Shown here: positions 15,605-27,667 of the stretch, one piece after another
How the letters are laid out: every line of letters starts with the position of its first letter
Numbering within the stretch: the stretch's first letter is position 1
Assembly: GCA_000697335.1 (NCBI GenBank)
Contig: JNEM01011329.1
Span: 1-32,317 of the forward strand
Source of the DNA: Conidiobolus incongruus B7586
Lineage: Eukaryota
Reading direction: 5' to 3'
DNA: 32,317 nucleotides
Program-made: the position numbers and the translations under genes
Notes under the pieces: model-generated
Databases searched by the model: none
The model's input: only the letters and a program-made list of their open reading frames with translations
Told to the model about the DNA's origin: nothing

Positions 15605-16140
15605 ATCATTATAAATATTATATAGAATTTACCAATACCATTTTTTAATAAACAGTCATACTTACTAAATATTAATTAATCAATATATTTTAAACACATT
15701 TTATTAAAATATGTAGATAAATTTCATTTTGATAATAGAATATAATTTTTTTTATATCCATTAAACTCTTAGCTTTAATATTATTAAATAAATTCATTTT
15801 AATCAATTGAATTCAATATTTGAAATTATTTGTATTAATAAGATCGCCGGTTCAAATATCCCCAAATTATATCTTGATGTAATTAACAAATAGCAATATA
15901 TTATTCAAATAAAAACCCGTATGGCATTAAATATTTTCAAGTAGTGATATCTACTGATATTTTGTTAATATTATGGATATTATATTTATTCAATTGATCA
16001 TTATTAGCGATGGATGATACAAAATAATAGAAAACATTAATAATAATCTGATATAAACTTTTGCAATAAATATGCTTAACTTATAAATATTCAGACATGC
16101 TCTAATGTCTAATATTCGATATCTTATGATAGATTAAGCT

Positions 16141-16503
16141 CTAAATAACCTTCAATCTTAACAAAACTTCCCCAGTGATTTGATTATTCACACCAATCTT
16201 AAACCAATTCTCAATGAATCCATTCTTCAACACCTCCTTTACATCAATCTTACAACATCCAGTATCATCATCCATTAAAATATCTTCATCATAAATTTTC
16301 ACTTTCAATACATCTTCCTCCTTTACATTCAATTCGAATACTTCGTTAAAATCGCAAGAACTTCCAGCGTTTTCGTAAGTTTTGGTCTTGTACTTCTGAA
16401 GTAATCCAGCTTGGATAACGACATAAAGATCGTTTTTGCCAGATACTCCTGATTTGTTAATAATGTTGCGTAAAGATATAACAGTAATTTGAATTTTAGT
16501 CAT
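16141..16503 (-). CDS. Small single-C2-domain protein, copy 1 (most divergent), 120 aa
   Basis: C2 motifs GKNDLYV, KT-T, FNE-FE, YDEDILMDD, GEVLLR; first Ca2+-loop Asp replaced by Ser. Confidence 0.9.
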   Translation of the reverse strand: MTKIQITVISLRNIINKSGVSGKNDLYVVIQAGLLQKYKTKTYENAGSSCDFNEVFELNVKEEDVLKVKIYDEDILMDDDTGCCKIDVKEVLKNGFIENWFKIGVNNQITGEVLLRLKVI

Positions 16504-17607
16504 ATTTTAATTATTGATATTAGAATTTTTTAATCTTTGATTTTATAATATTGAATATTAAATTTTGCGATTTTCAACAAACCAACTAGTTGTATATATA
16601 TATAATCGAATTTACATTTCATTCTAATTAATATTATTTCAATAATGATATCATCAATTATCAATTTATTAGATCATTTCTTATTTTGATATTTAATCGC
16701 TTGGCAGCTTTTCAAAAACTTTTGAAGAGTAATATTTAGTAATAATAATAATAATATAATTTAAAATTTAATTTATTAAACTATATGATTCAAGATAATT
16801 TGATTAATAATAAATTCCTTTGTTGAATATAATAGGTAATTACTAATTAATCAATATAATCTTTAACAGGAATTAAATTTTATTAATAAATATTTAAATT
16901 GTGAAAAAACAGAATTTAATTGTTAAGATGTTTTCATTTCAACTAACAGTCATTCTAAAATTATATATAGTTATAATCTCATGACATTATTAAAATTTAT
17001 AATTTATGGTATATTTGTAATCAATTTAATTTAGACAGATTTTTCTTCATCACATCTACAATTGCTATTCCTAAGTTAGGCAATTGATGCAAATATTATA
17101 AGGGGCTATGATTGATAAGTGAGTAAGAACAGCGTGGCAATGTGCAAGAATTTATCATCACTTAATTTGAATAAGGCCATTTTTAAATTAAATTGTATCA
17201 TCAAAATTTCTAAAAAAGCCAGATATCTTTTAATTCAATCATAAATAGGATAATGTAAAAAATAATTATTCACGATATGATGTTTAAATAGAATACTTTT
17301 AATGCTATATATAAAAGGATTTCAATTAAAAAATTGGACTGATTTAAGAAAATTATCTTGTTAACATATGCATTATTATATATGTTTGTAAGATCAAATG
17401 AAGTCATGCGTCAAGTTTAAGTGATAACAGTTGAACATGAAATATATGAAGACTGACTATATGATTAAGTGAGAATTATCAGCAATCAATTCGTATCTAT
17501 TTCATATTATATCATTAACAACCTATTAAAAGAAATAAAAATGATATCTAGCTCAGTTTAAGATAATAATCTCAAATATATTTACTATGAATATAGGATA
17601 ACGAACT

Positions 17608-17979
17608 CTAAAGCACACGAATTCTCAATAATACTTCTCCAGTGTTCTTAGCACCTTCACCAATCTGATACCAAGACTCCACAGCACCCTGCATAAAAAC
17701 CCCTCTCAAAGGGATTTTACAACTTCCAATCTTATCATCCTTGATAGTATCATCATCAAAAATTTGAACTTCCAAATCCTGGTCGTCCCTTACATCGAAT
17801 TCGAACGTTTCGTTAAAGTCGCAAGCGCTCCCAGCGTTCTTGTGCGTTTTGGTCTTGTACTTTTGAGCGTTTAGCATATGACCCACCTTTAGGGTGACGT
17901 AAGGGTCGTTCTTACCAAACAATCCGTCTTTGTTGGCTAGGTTGCGTGCTGATACTACGTGAACTTGAATTCTAGTCAT
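17608..17979 (-). CDS. Small single-C2-domain protein, copy 2, 123 aa
   Basis: SARNL..DGLFGKNDPY, FNETFEF, FDDDTIKDDKIG, GEVLLRI; acidic Ca2+-binding loops intact. Confidence 0.93.
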   Translation of the reverse strand: MTRIQVHVVSARNLANKDGLFGKNDPYVTLKVGHMLNAQKYKTKTHKNAGSACDFNETFEFDVRDDQDLEVQIFDDDTIKDDKIGSCKIPLRGVFMQGAVESWYQIGEGAKNTGEVLLRIRVL

Positions 17980-18745
17980 TGCTATTCACTATATTTTATT
18001 TTATTTTAGTTTGTATTATTTTATTATAATTGTAGTTTCATGAATTAAACAGAATTATCCAGCTATTTAAAGAGTGTAAAAAACATGAAACGTTTGAATT
18101 ATTCCATTACTCCAATTGCATTAGTAGATTTTCACTTATATGATATCCAATGATGACATCACTCTAATTCTGATTGAATTCGCAGTTCGGATGTTTCCAT
18201 TCTGTGATCAATAAATTACTTTGTTGATTTCATCGTTTATAGATCTTATAATCCACTGTATATCAGGTGTTTAATATGCGCAAATATTCAATATTTTTAA
18301 AATGATATATTGGTTAATATTTTGTATTTGATATTCCTTAAATTGATAATATTTCTTTATTAGTCTTCTAATCTGAAATTAGATTTTTTTCATAAAATCC
18401 TAAATTAGTTGGAGTAAATGAATTAAATAAAAGATATAACAATAATATGTAATTAACCTAAGAGATTTGAAAAACCTTTGAAATTCACTTATTCAAACCA
18501 TATTTTCAAAATATTACTTGTTTATTTAACATCTTTAAAAATCAACAAATATCAAATTCTACTTAAAAAATCTATGTAACTTAATACATCATAATTTATT
18601 TGATATGAAATCCAATAAAAATTTTCAAATAGAATTTTGTATTAATTGATAATAACAGTTAAAATAAATAAATATTATTTTATAACAAATTATACACAAA
18701 TTCATTATTAAGAGATAATGGAATAAAACAATAATCAAATCAAAC

Positions 18746-18774
18746 ATAATAATAATAATAATAATAATAATAAT
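18746..18774. repeat. (AAT)9 microsatellite
   Basis: Seen directly. Confidence 0.9.
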
Positions 18775-19506
18775 GTTTTATTAACAAATTTTTACAAATC
18801 TCTTTTATATTCATAAAATAATTTTTGAGTTAATGATAATTTAGGGTTAATTTAATGCAATTTTGTAGTATTATTTGAACTGATGATATTTGAAGTTGTA
18901 TTCTTTAATTTTATAAGATAATTGATAAATAGTTTGAGATATATCAATTGGTATTGGATAGAATCTATATTGCTAAATTATATATTCAGGAATATTATTA
19001 TTTGGCAAGTTGAATAGAGGTTGATTAGATGATTAATATTGGAATTATATTAATCAATAGGATGATCCAAATTTTTTAAACTATTACTATATGAATAATA
19101 TATTAAATAATAATATAACCATAACGTTATTTGGAAATACCAGATAATTTAAATTTTAGATGATTGCTAATGATGAACATATAAAGAGAAATGTATTATA
19201 TTATAATATTGGGGAAATATCTCACAGTAGTTCATTAATGATTTTTGACGCATTGACCGAAATATATAGTCTATGTTAATTATGATTCAGAATAGTGACT
19301 ATACGTAAAGATCTTTGAAACTGTAAATAATTCTCTTATTAAACTGAAGTTAGTATCATATTAATTCAGTTATCAATCTGACAACCTTATAGATAATCCA
19401 TCTCTTCAATCTATCAACATAACTAAATCAAACCCAACAATTTGATGTTATATTGAATATGCTTAAAACTTTATTATACACAATGTAAATTCCTATAATG
19501 TACCTC

Positions 19507-19879
19507 CTAAGCAGTGCGAATTCTCAATAAAACTTCGCCACGGGTCTTAGAACCTTCTCCGATCTGGTACCAAGACTCGACAGATCCCGTTTGGAATACA
19601 CCTTGGAGAGGGATCTTAGCGTGACCAATCTCATCATCTTTAATCAAATCATCATCGTATAATCTCACTTTCAAGTCGTCACTCTCCTTCACGTCAAATT
19701 CGAAAGTCTCGTTAAAGTCCACGCTACTACCAGCATTCTTGTGAGTCTTAGTCTTGTGCTTCTGGAGGTGGAGTAAATGACCAACCTTCAATTCCAAGTA
19801 GGGATCATTCTTACCGAGGAGTCCGTCTTCGTGCTTTAAATTGCGAGCTGAAATAACGTCGACATTAATTTTTTGTCAT
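19507..19879 (-). pseudogene. Small single-C2-domain protein, copy 3, with a +1 frameshift in an A6 run right after the ATG (recent pseudogene or sequencing error; 123 aa if corrected)
   Basis: ATG at 19879 reads ATG ACA AAA AAT TAA. Removing one A (T run at 19869-19874) gives MTKINVDVISARNLKHEDGLLGKNDPYLELKV..., collinear with copy 5. The main frame has no in-frame ATG. Confidence 0.85.
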
Positions 19880-19956
19880 TTTGATAGTGTATTCTATTGA
19901 TTTGATTTGATTATTCTGAATACTTTGAAATATTTGTAAATAAACCCTCCAAGAAC

Positions 19957-20066
19957 TATTTATAATGGAATTTTTAGATTAATTAAGAAAATCAATGACG
20001 TGATACCTGTTGGACTGTGAATCATTGAACTGGTTATTTAACAAGAGTGGATCATTATGACATCAT
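19957..20066 (-). promoter_or_regulatory. Putative promoter of C2 copy 3: TATA box and CRE-like bZIP sites
   Basis: TATAAATA on minus at 19957-19964; ATGACGT at 19995-20001; ATGACATCAT at 20057-20066. Confidence 0.45.
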
Positions 20067-20991
20067 TCTCTATTAGTTACGCTGAGACTGCTTTAACATC
20101 CGAAAACCAATTAATCAATTTAACAATATTCATCATATGTGAAATAAATTGCAATTATATTCTATGTTTCAATGATATATCGATGCTAAACACTATAGTA
20201 GTATATATAGAAAAATTTGACATAGATGAACCATAATATAAAATAATTTCAATTTTCAAATTTGTGACAATTGAATTCAATATATATCAATCAATAAATA
20301 TAATTTTTTCAAATATTCTATCAATAAATAAATAGATTTCCAAATATAATTGAAACAGTCCATAATAATAATTTAATAATTTATAATATTAATAGTATAG
20401 AAGCTCATAGTTTCATTCTTGAAACTTATCTGTAATTTCTTTACTTTTTTAGTCAATTAACTTTAGATCTTGAATATACATCGATGTAGTTAAGTATAAT
20501 TATTAGCAGCATATAGACTAATGTGTATATTAGTCAAATTGTTTTTATAATATTCAATGTTTATCATTTATTGGATCTATTAATCTTATAATCCTGAGTT
20601 AATATTTTTTGATAAAGAATCTAATATTGGATAAAATGAAAAATTATATACTTTATTGATTGATTGAATGAGTGTAATATTTAATTGGATTTAAATAAAT
20701 TCAACTGTTTAGTGTAAAGCATCTTATTAAGAAATATTTTATAAAGTATATCTGAATAGCAAAGGCCTTTAGAATCGAATGATACTTGAGTTAGCTATAT
20801 ATATTAATGATCTAATATGTTTAGTTTCAAAAAGGAAGTCAAAATACCTTTCACTAAAAGAATGGTATTCAAATAACTGTAAAGGTGAATCCAATAGGAG
20901 ACTGTGGTTTGTGAATGTATTTGAATAGTAAATATGCAATAATGTTATTCACTTTTTGCAAATTTTATTATAAAAATGATGATAAACATGC

Positions 20992-21354
20992 CTAAACAGT
21001 TCTAATTTTTAACAAAACTTCACCCGTAAAGCTTGACCCTTTTCCAATAGTGAACCAAGATTCGATAGCCCCCAGTTGGAACACACCTCGTAGGGGAATA
21101 GAAGTATGACCAATTTCGTCATCTTTAAGGTAATCGGCATCATTCACTTTAATTTTTAAATCGTCGCTCTCACTAGCTTCGAATTCGAAAGTCTCGTTAA
21201 AATCACATTCGCTTCCAGCATTGTCGTGAGTCTTGGTCCTTTTACTAGGTAAATTCCCCACCTTTAATTCCATGTAGGGATCGTTCTTACCCCAAGGGCC
21301 GTCTTCATTCTTTAGATTGCGAGCTGAAATTACGTCAATAACCACTTTTCCCAT
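20992..21354 (-). CDS. Small single-C2-domain protein, copy 4, 120 aa
   Basis: SARNLKNEDGPWGKNDPY, FNETFEF, NDADYLKDDEIG, GEVLLKI. Confidence 0.93.
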   Translation of the reverse strand: MGKVVIDVISARNLKNEDGPWGKNDPYMELKVGNLPSKRTKTHDNAGSECDFNETFEFEASESDDLKIKVNDADYLKDDEIGHTSIPLRGVFQLGAIESWFTIGKGSSFTGEVLLKIRTV

Positions 21355-22479
21355 TTACAATATCTATTACTATCGGACTAATGTGAGATGGCTATTAATG
21401 CGAGGAATTGTCCTCTATTTAAACACCAAATTTACAACTTGAAAATAATGGGTGATAAATTTCAACCATTCCAAAAAAGTTTTGATTTAAATCCTGAATA
21501 GCTCTTCTATTATTTGAATTTCTAAATATAGGTAAATAAGTTTCAAAAAATTCGAATTATCGCAATCTAATATTTATATTTTGAAATCACAAATCTAATA
21601 AATAATAAAATGATTATAATATTATTACTCCTTTATCCAATATCTTTAAAAAATATTACGATAGTATTCTCTTAAAACAATTGTATTACAAAAATTTTCT
21701 TGAAAATTTCTTGCAATATTTTCACCAATTTCAAGTGATTTTTTGTGAGTTAAAATCTAAATAAATCAATACATCTTTTTTAGAGCTTCTCATTCCTTTA
21801 TGTAATGTTATATACAATTATTTTTAATAAAATCACTCAAAACTAATAAATTACAGAAAGAAGGTATGAATTAATCCAATTCGTTATTATACTGGATATA
21901 TTAATGATCTATTAAAAAATTATCATGTAATTTGGCGTTTTAAATACCACTAATTATGTGAATTTATTCAATTGATTAATTGAAGTCGACTGTATTCAGT
22001 ATTGTAAAATTAATGATTCGGAAAATATTAGATATTAATGATTAGTATTTGTTCGTGATTTGTATATTCTATGAACTGAAATATTTTTAAATTAAACTAA
22101 TATTGCTTGGTAGCATTTAATAAATGCATTGGATATCAAATAAAGGATGTTTGTAAGAATATTGAAAGTGATAAATATGGCTTAATTATAAAATTAGATA
22201 TTTTTGATTGATGAATACGTGCTGAATTATGAAAGATACTATATTAAAATAAAGATTTAAATTGTATTATATTCAATCTGTATACATTCTAAAGATCGAG
22301 CATAGTTCAGATGATACTGTATCTAATGTCAACTATATATTGTATCAATAATCACTGTGAATAGAATATATCAATACTATTGCCTTACTAAAACTGCAAA
22401 AATTGTAATCTAAAGATAAGAAGAGTGAAAATGCATTTGATAAAGTGGAAGGTTTATTACATACATATGATGAACATAC

Positions 22480-22851
22480 CTAAACAGCACGAATTCTCAA
22501 CAAAACTTCACCACAAGATTTGGAACCTTCACCAATAGAGTACCAAGACTCAACGGATCCAGTTTGGAAAACACCTTGAAGAGGGATTTTAGCATGACCA
22601 ATTTCGTCATCTTTGATCAAGTCGTCGTCATATAATCTGACCTTCAAGTCATCGCTGGGTTCGGCGTTGAATTCGAAAGTTTCGTTGAAATCTACGGTAC
22701 TACCAGCGTTTTTATGAGTTTTGGTCTTGTGCTTCTGGGCGGTGAGGAGGTGGCCAATCTTTAATTCCAAGTAAGGGTCGTTCTTACCAATAAGTCCGTC
22801 TTCACGCTTCAAGTTACGAGCGGAAATAACATCAACAACAATTTTACCCAT
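22480..22851 (-). CDS. Small single-C2-domain protein, copy 5, 123 aa
   Basis: SARNLKREDGLIGKNDPY, FNETFEF, YDDDLIKDDEIG, GEVLLRI. Confidence 0.93.
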   Translation of the reverse strand: MGKIVVDVISARNLKREDGLIGKNDPYLELKIGHLLTAQKHKTKTHKNAGSTVDFNETFEFNAEPSDDLKVRLYDDDLIKDDEIGHAKIPLQGVFQTGSVESWYSIGEGSKSCGEVLLRIRAV

Positions 22852-24779
22852 TTTGTGCTTTTAAATTGATAACTGAATGATATTTGAAAGAGTAATAGTT
22901 GAGTTAGAATTGGAATTTAAGTGTATTTATACCTTCCATTTAACCTCATTTGGATGATGGAGTGACGTGTTCAATAATTAGTTAAGGATTGAATAAACTA
23001 GTTTATATTTATATTGATGAAATCAATTTACTCAATTTAGTAACAGAACCTATTTGTAAATGATGAATACTCTGTTTATATTTTAATTAAAATATGAACA
23101 CAAATTTATTATACTTAATTATATTTAAATCAAATCACATAATAAGTTTACTTTTTACACTAATAACTATTGCATTCAATATGATATCATGCTCATGTTT
23201 TATTTAAAAAACTTAAATTATCCAATTTAGCTGTACTATTTAGCAAACAATTACTAACCCTATTAAATGATAATTGATGATAATCTATCATTTTATAGGG
23301 TTATAGTTTAATTGTTTGAGAATAAATTAATCATTCAAATTCATTACATTTAATCATTTAAAACTAATAAATTTATTCACAAAGTTTGGAATTAATGATT
23401 GTAAATTTTTCAATAAAATATGAAATTCATTTTATTCAATAAAATGAAATTACATAATTTTCACTTCTACCAAAAAAATTGCCAAAATTTTCGTGACATC
23501 ATAATTTCGAATCGTAAAAGATCGGTTTGAATAAACTTCATTTTATAGCAATATGAAAGCATTTCAAAATTTTTCAAGATGATTTTCAATATAGAGTCCT
23601 TTTGATATTTTAGTAGTTTAGTTTGTTGCTATTTAACTAATACGAAGATTTATTTTAATTTTTGGATATTAATAGCGATGAATGCTTGGTATATAATATC
23701 ATTTTTAAGGGTATTGAAAATTGTTTCCCAATTCATATTTTTAAATGATATTAATTAGGTTCGAGAGTAATGTACTAGTCTAAGATTGTAAATATTTTTG
23801 ACCTTTTAATAAATCTATAACGCTATACTGAGTATTTAATTATTTAAAATATAGTAATTGTGGCATAGGGTATTAAATCATGACATAATCAAGAATATTT
23901 AATAAAATTAAACAAACTATTAATCAATATAAACTATTTAAATTTTCATTTTCTTGTAACAATCAAATTGAAACATATACTAACTCTTTTATAATATCTT
24001 TAATCAACACCTTTTAGATTGTGATTACAAACAATCATGATCAATATCAATTTGTACGTATAATGGCATAAGTATTTTTCCATTTTGTATTGAAAAAAGT
24101 ATAAATATATGCACGAAGAGGCTTGCTTTGAATCTATAATGTATTAAGGGTTGTATTTCTAAATAACAGCTTTTCACAGTGAGTAAATTTTAGTATTAGG
24201 GTAGTACACTAAATCGGTATAATTATGACGACATCGAATATATCGAAATTCTTTCAAAATTTCAAGTACTAGTAGATACTAATGCTGGATTTAATTAAAG
24301 TAGCTTATGTTAGCCCAAAGATAAATTGGATCTCAAGTCGCTCAGTCAAAACATATTTAAGAAATTAATATCAAAAAGTATATCTCACTTGTATGTTTTT
24401 ATTATTACGCTCGAATAGCTTTCAATATCATAGAACTAAACATATGCAAGGAAACTATGTATCAAATTGTCTAAGTTCAAATCAAATCAAATAATTAAAG
24501 TTATTAAAAAATTGCAAATTTTATCAAATTTGAGAAATTGATAGAATAAAACTAAATTGCATAACTAGTTTATTAGTTTTAATAAATTAGTTTTAACCAA
24601 ATACTTTCATAAGATTAATTTTGCATCATTGAATCATAGCAGTACTATGTGGTTCTATCATTTAATTATTATATTTTTCGATTTAGAATTGATTAAATTG
24701 TAAATAAAAAATGCGATCAATTCATAAAATATATATTAAATAACAACATTTGAAAAATTATAGATTCTATCATCTTCTA

Positions 24780-25004
24780 TTACGTCATAAAGATCTCATC
24801 AATCTTGGAGGAGTTTGCCTAAAATTTGATGAACCAAAAAGACCAATCAAACTCTGTTAATTCTGAATCCAAATTGAAAAAGTATAATAAAAACTACTAG
24901 TTTTAGAAATTTTAATTGAAACTTAGATGAATCTTAACAAAACGACGTCAGACTTACCAAACCCTCAGTATATTGAAGGTCATGCCAAATGTCAGCTATA
25001 TAAA
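24780..25004 (+). promoter_or_regulatory. Putative promoter of the HAM1-like gene: two CRE/ATF sites and a TATA box
   Basis: TTACGTCA at 24780-24787, GACGTCA at 24944-24950, TATATAAA at 24997-25004, about 60 nt before the ATG at 25063. Confidence 0.5.
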
Positions 25005-25062
25005 TCAAATCCTAAGTTAGTTGGTAAAATAATCTTTTCCCCCAAACTGTTGAGTATTAGAG

Positions 25063-27380
25063 ATGACCAATAAACGTGAACAATTCGAACGTGAACTTGC
25101 TAAAAATGCTCCCCCTCTTGAATCTCAAAACGTGACCACTATCGATGTCAAACAGCTTAGAGAGACTAAAGAAGGATTGAGTGCTGCTGCTGATGCCTTA
25201 CAGTAAGTTTATTAAATTGTTTAAAATTTTATCTAGTTCATATACATTAATTATCAATTTTTTATTTATCTAGACAAGGTAAAATGCCAACCACTACACA
25301 AGTAACCAGTGTTATTGACAAAGTCAAGAGTTCTGATTTATCTTCTGGTGTGGAACTCTCTGAATCAGGTCAAAAAGTTGCTCAAAAGGTTGATAAGGTC
25401 TTAGACTCCACAAAGAATTTCTTAACTGAGAAGAATGAAGGTGATGTCCTTCAAAGATTGATTCATCATTCAAAATTAGCTTCTAAGAACTTAGATGGTA
25501 GGTTAATTATTAAACTTGAATAGTTAGATATATAGTAATTAAACTTTATTTCTATTTTAGTCGAAAAGCCGGATCTTGAAAGTGAAACTAAAGATGCTCA
25601 AAAGCTATTGAATCGTGCATACTCTCAAATGGTTCTCATTGCTAAATTAATTGTTACTTCTGGTGAATTCAGAGGATTAGCCCATGATGTCTATAGTCTT
25701 GTAAGGGAAGTTCTTGCTGAAAACGTCCCAGGTGCCGAGTTATTGCCCGAATCTCACGAGATTATGGATTCAAGTGGCAATATCAACAAAGAGAAGTTTA
25801 AGGAAAATGCTAACAAATTCGGAGATAGAATGACTGAAGAAGCCTCTCGATATGGAAGCGATGCCATCCAAAAAGCTGGTGAAATGGTTGAGCCACACGC
25901 TAAAGATGCTAAGAACAAACAATTCAATGAGAAAAACAAGCAGATGGGCATCCAACAAGGAAAAGAATTGTATGAAAAAGGAAAGGCCCAAGCTCAGCAA
26001 TTGTCTAATGAAGCCAAGAACATCGCCTCAAACATTGCTCGAGATGCTCAGCTCACCGAAGAACAAAAGCAACAACTCACATCTAGATTGATTGGTATCT
26101 TGGACGAAGTTCAGACTAATAAGGAATATAGAAAAGCCATTGAGGGTTTCATTGAAATTCTTGGATCATTGAAGGAGCTTGCAGAGGATACTGTTGAAAA
26201 GACTTCTCAGGCTGCAGGTGTGGACCAAGCTAAGGAAGATGATAACCTTAAGCTTGCCGCCCAAAACGCACGCAAGGCAGTAGAAAATTTTGCAGGCAAG
26301 AAGTCCCTCAATAAACTCATTAAAGCCTTCCAAAACTTCCAGCAGAAGGCCGAAAACGATGAAGTGATCCAGAGACAGTTCAAAGAAATTAACGATTTCT
26401 TGCACAAATCTCTTCGCGATAACAAATTCGTCCACCGGAAAGACTATCCTGACCAAGCAGCTAAATTAATTGGAGACATTCGCTCTCATTTGTCTAAGAA
26501 CTATCGTAATCCTGTCAATAGTGTGATGACTGAATTGACCCAAATTAACAACGCGATCCAGGAAGATCCTACCACCAACACCATGATCAAAGATCTCGAG
26601 AGCTTGACTGCTGAATTGTTCTTGGATGAAAATGGCCGTCCAACTGTCAAGTATGACTTGTTGAACGACTTCACCAAGTTTGTCCCTGTCCTTGCATCTA
26701 AGATGGAGATTTTACACATTCCTCGTTTAGAAGACTCAGACGAAGATTATGAATACATCTTGGATAATATCACTCTCCGCTGCAGCAATATCCTGCCTCG
26801 ACTTGTTCGTGTAAGAACTGATACTGAATTCAACACTGAAAAAGAAAGAATTGAAAATGCTGTGAGTATCAAGATGCATTCCATTAATGCTTCTGCAGAA
26901 AATGTCGCTTTCTACTACAAGAAGCGGGTCGCTATGATGAACTTGGAAGATGCCGGTATCGTTAATATCAACATTCCTAATGAAGGTATCGATATTTACA
27001 TCAAGCTCCTCCCTCGTATCGTGTCAGACAAGCCAGAAGACGTGGAAGTTAACAAACAGCACGCTGCATTCAGAGTTGATAGTGTCCGTTGTAAGGTCAA
27101 TGAACTCAAGATCAGTACCAAGCACACCAAATACCAAGCCATTTACTCTCTCTTCTCGCGTCTCATCCAATCCAGAATCAGAAAGGAAATCGAAGAGAAT
27201 GTGGCCAAGGGAGTCCGCTCCTTCTTGGAGAGCGTTGATGCTCAGATTACCAACTCCAACGGCAACAACAAGGAAACAGCAAAGAAGTCAGTCGAAGCCA
27301 AGACTTATACCGAGAAAGATGTCGTTGATCCTCATCCCGATGGCTGGAAGAGTGAGGTGTTTACTGTCAGAAACGATTAG
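25063..27380 (+). CDS. Conserved fungal DUF5923/DUF4449 (HAM1-like, probable BPI/TULIP-like C-terminal fold) protein, 727 aa; exons 25063-25202, 25274-25497, 25561-27380
   Basis: GT-AG introns 25203-25273 and 25498-25560 give one continuous frame (ALQ|QGKMPTTTQ; LDV|EKPD). Family-type motifs GKMPT..Q, KNEGDVLQ, LIVTSGEFR, ENFAGKKSL, IPRLE, LDNITL..NILP, VAFYYKK. Confidence 0.82.
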
Positions 27381-27667
27381 GTTGTCTTTTAATTTATCAT
27401 TCTACATTATTACATTACATTATATATCACTGTACTTATTAAAATCAATAAATTAGCCTAAGATTATTTTTAATTAATTTTATCGCTCACATCACAGGAT
27501 TACACTATTCATGCTTTTTAGTATATTGTTACATTAAAGTCACTTTAGTGTTATATAATTTAATATTTCTAGTATATCATTTAAGAAATGCTATGTAACC
27601 TCACATAATTCATTTTTATAAAACCTGAATTCATATAATTTTATTTTGATTAGACTTATTTTAGTTT

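Noticed and set aside
20992..22851. N-myristoylation of C2 copies starting MGK
   Set aside because: No Ser/Thr at position 6, and these residues form the first beta-strand; not shared by other copies
25754..27456. Overlapping ORFs inside the HAM1-like CDS
   Set aside because: Shadow frames caused by codon bias
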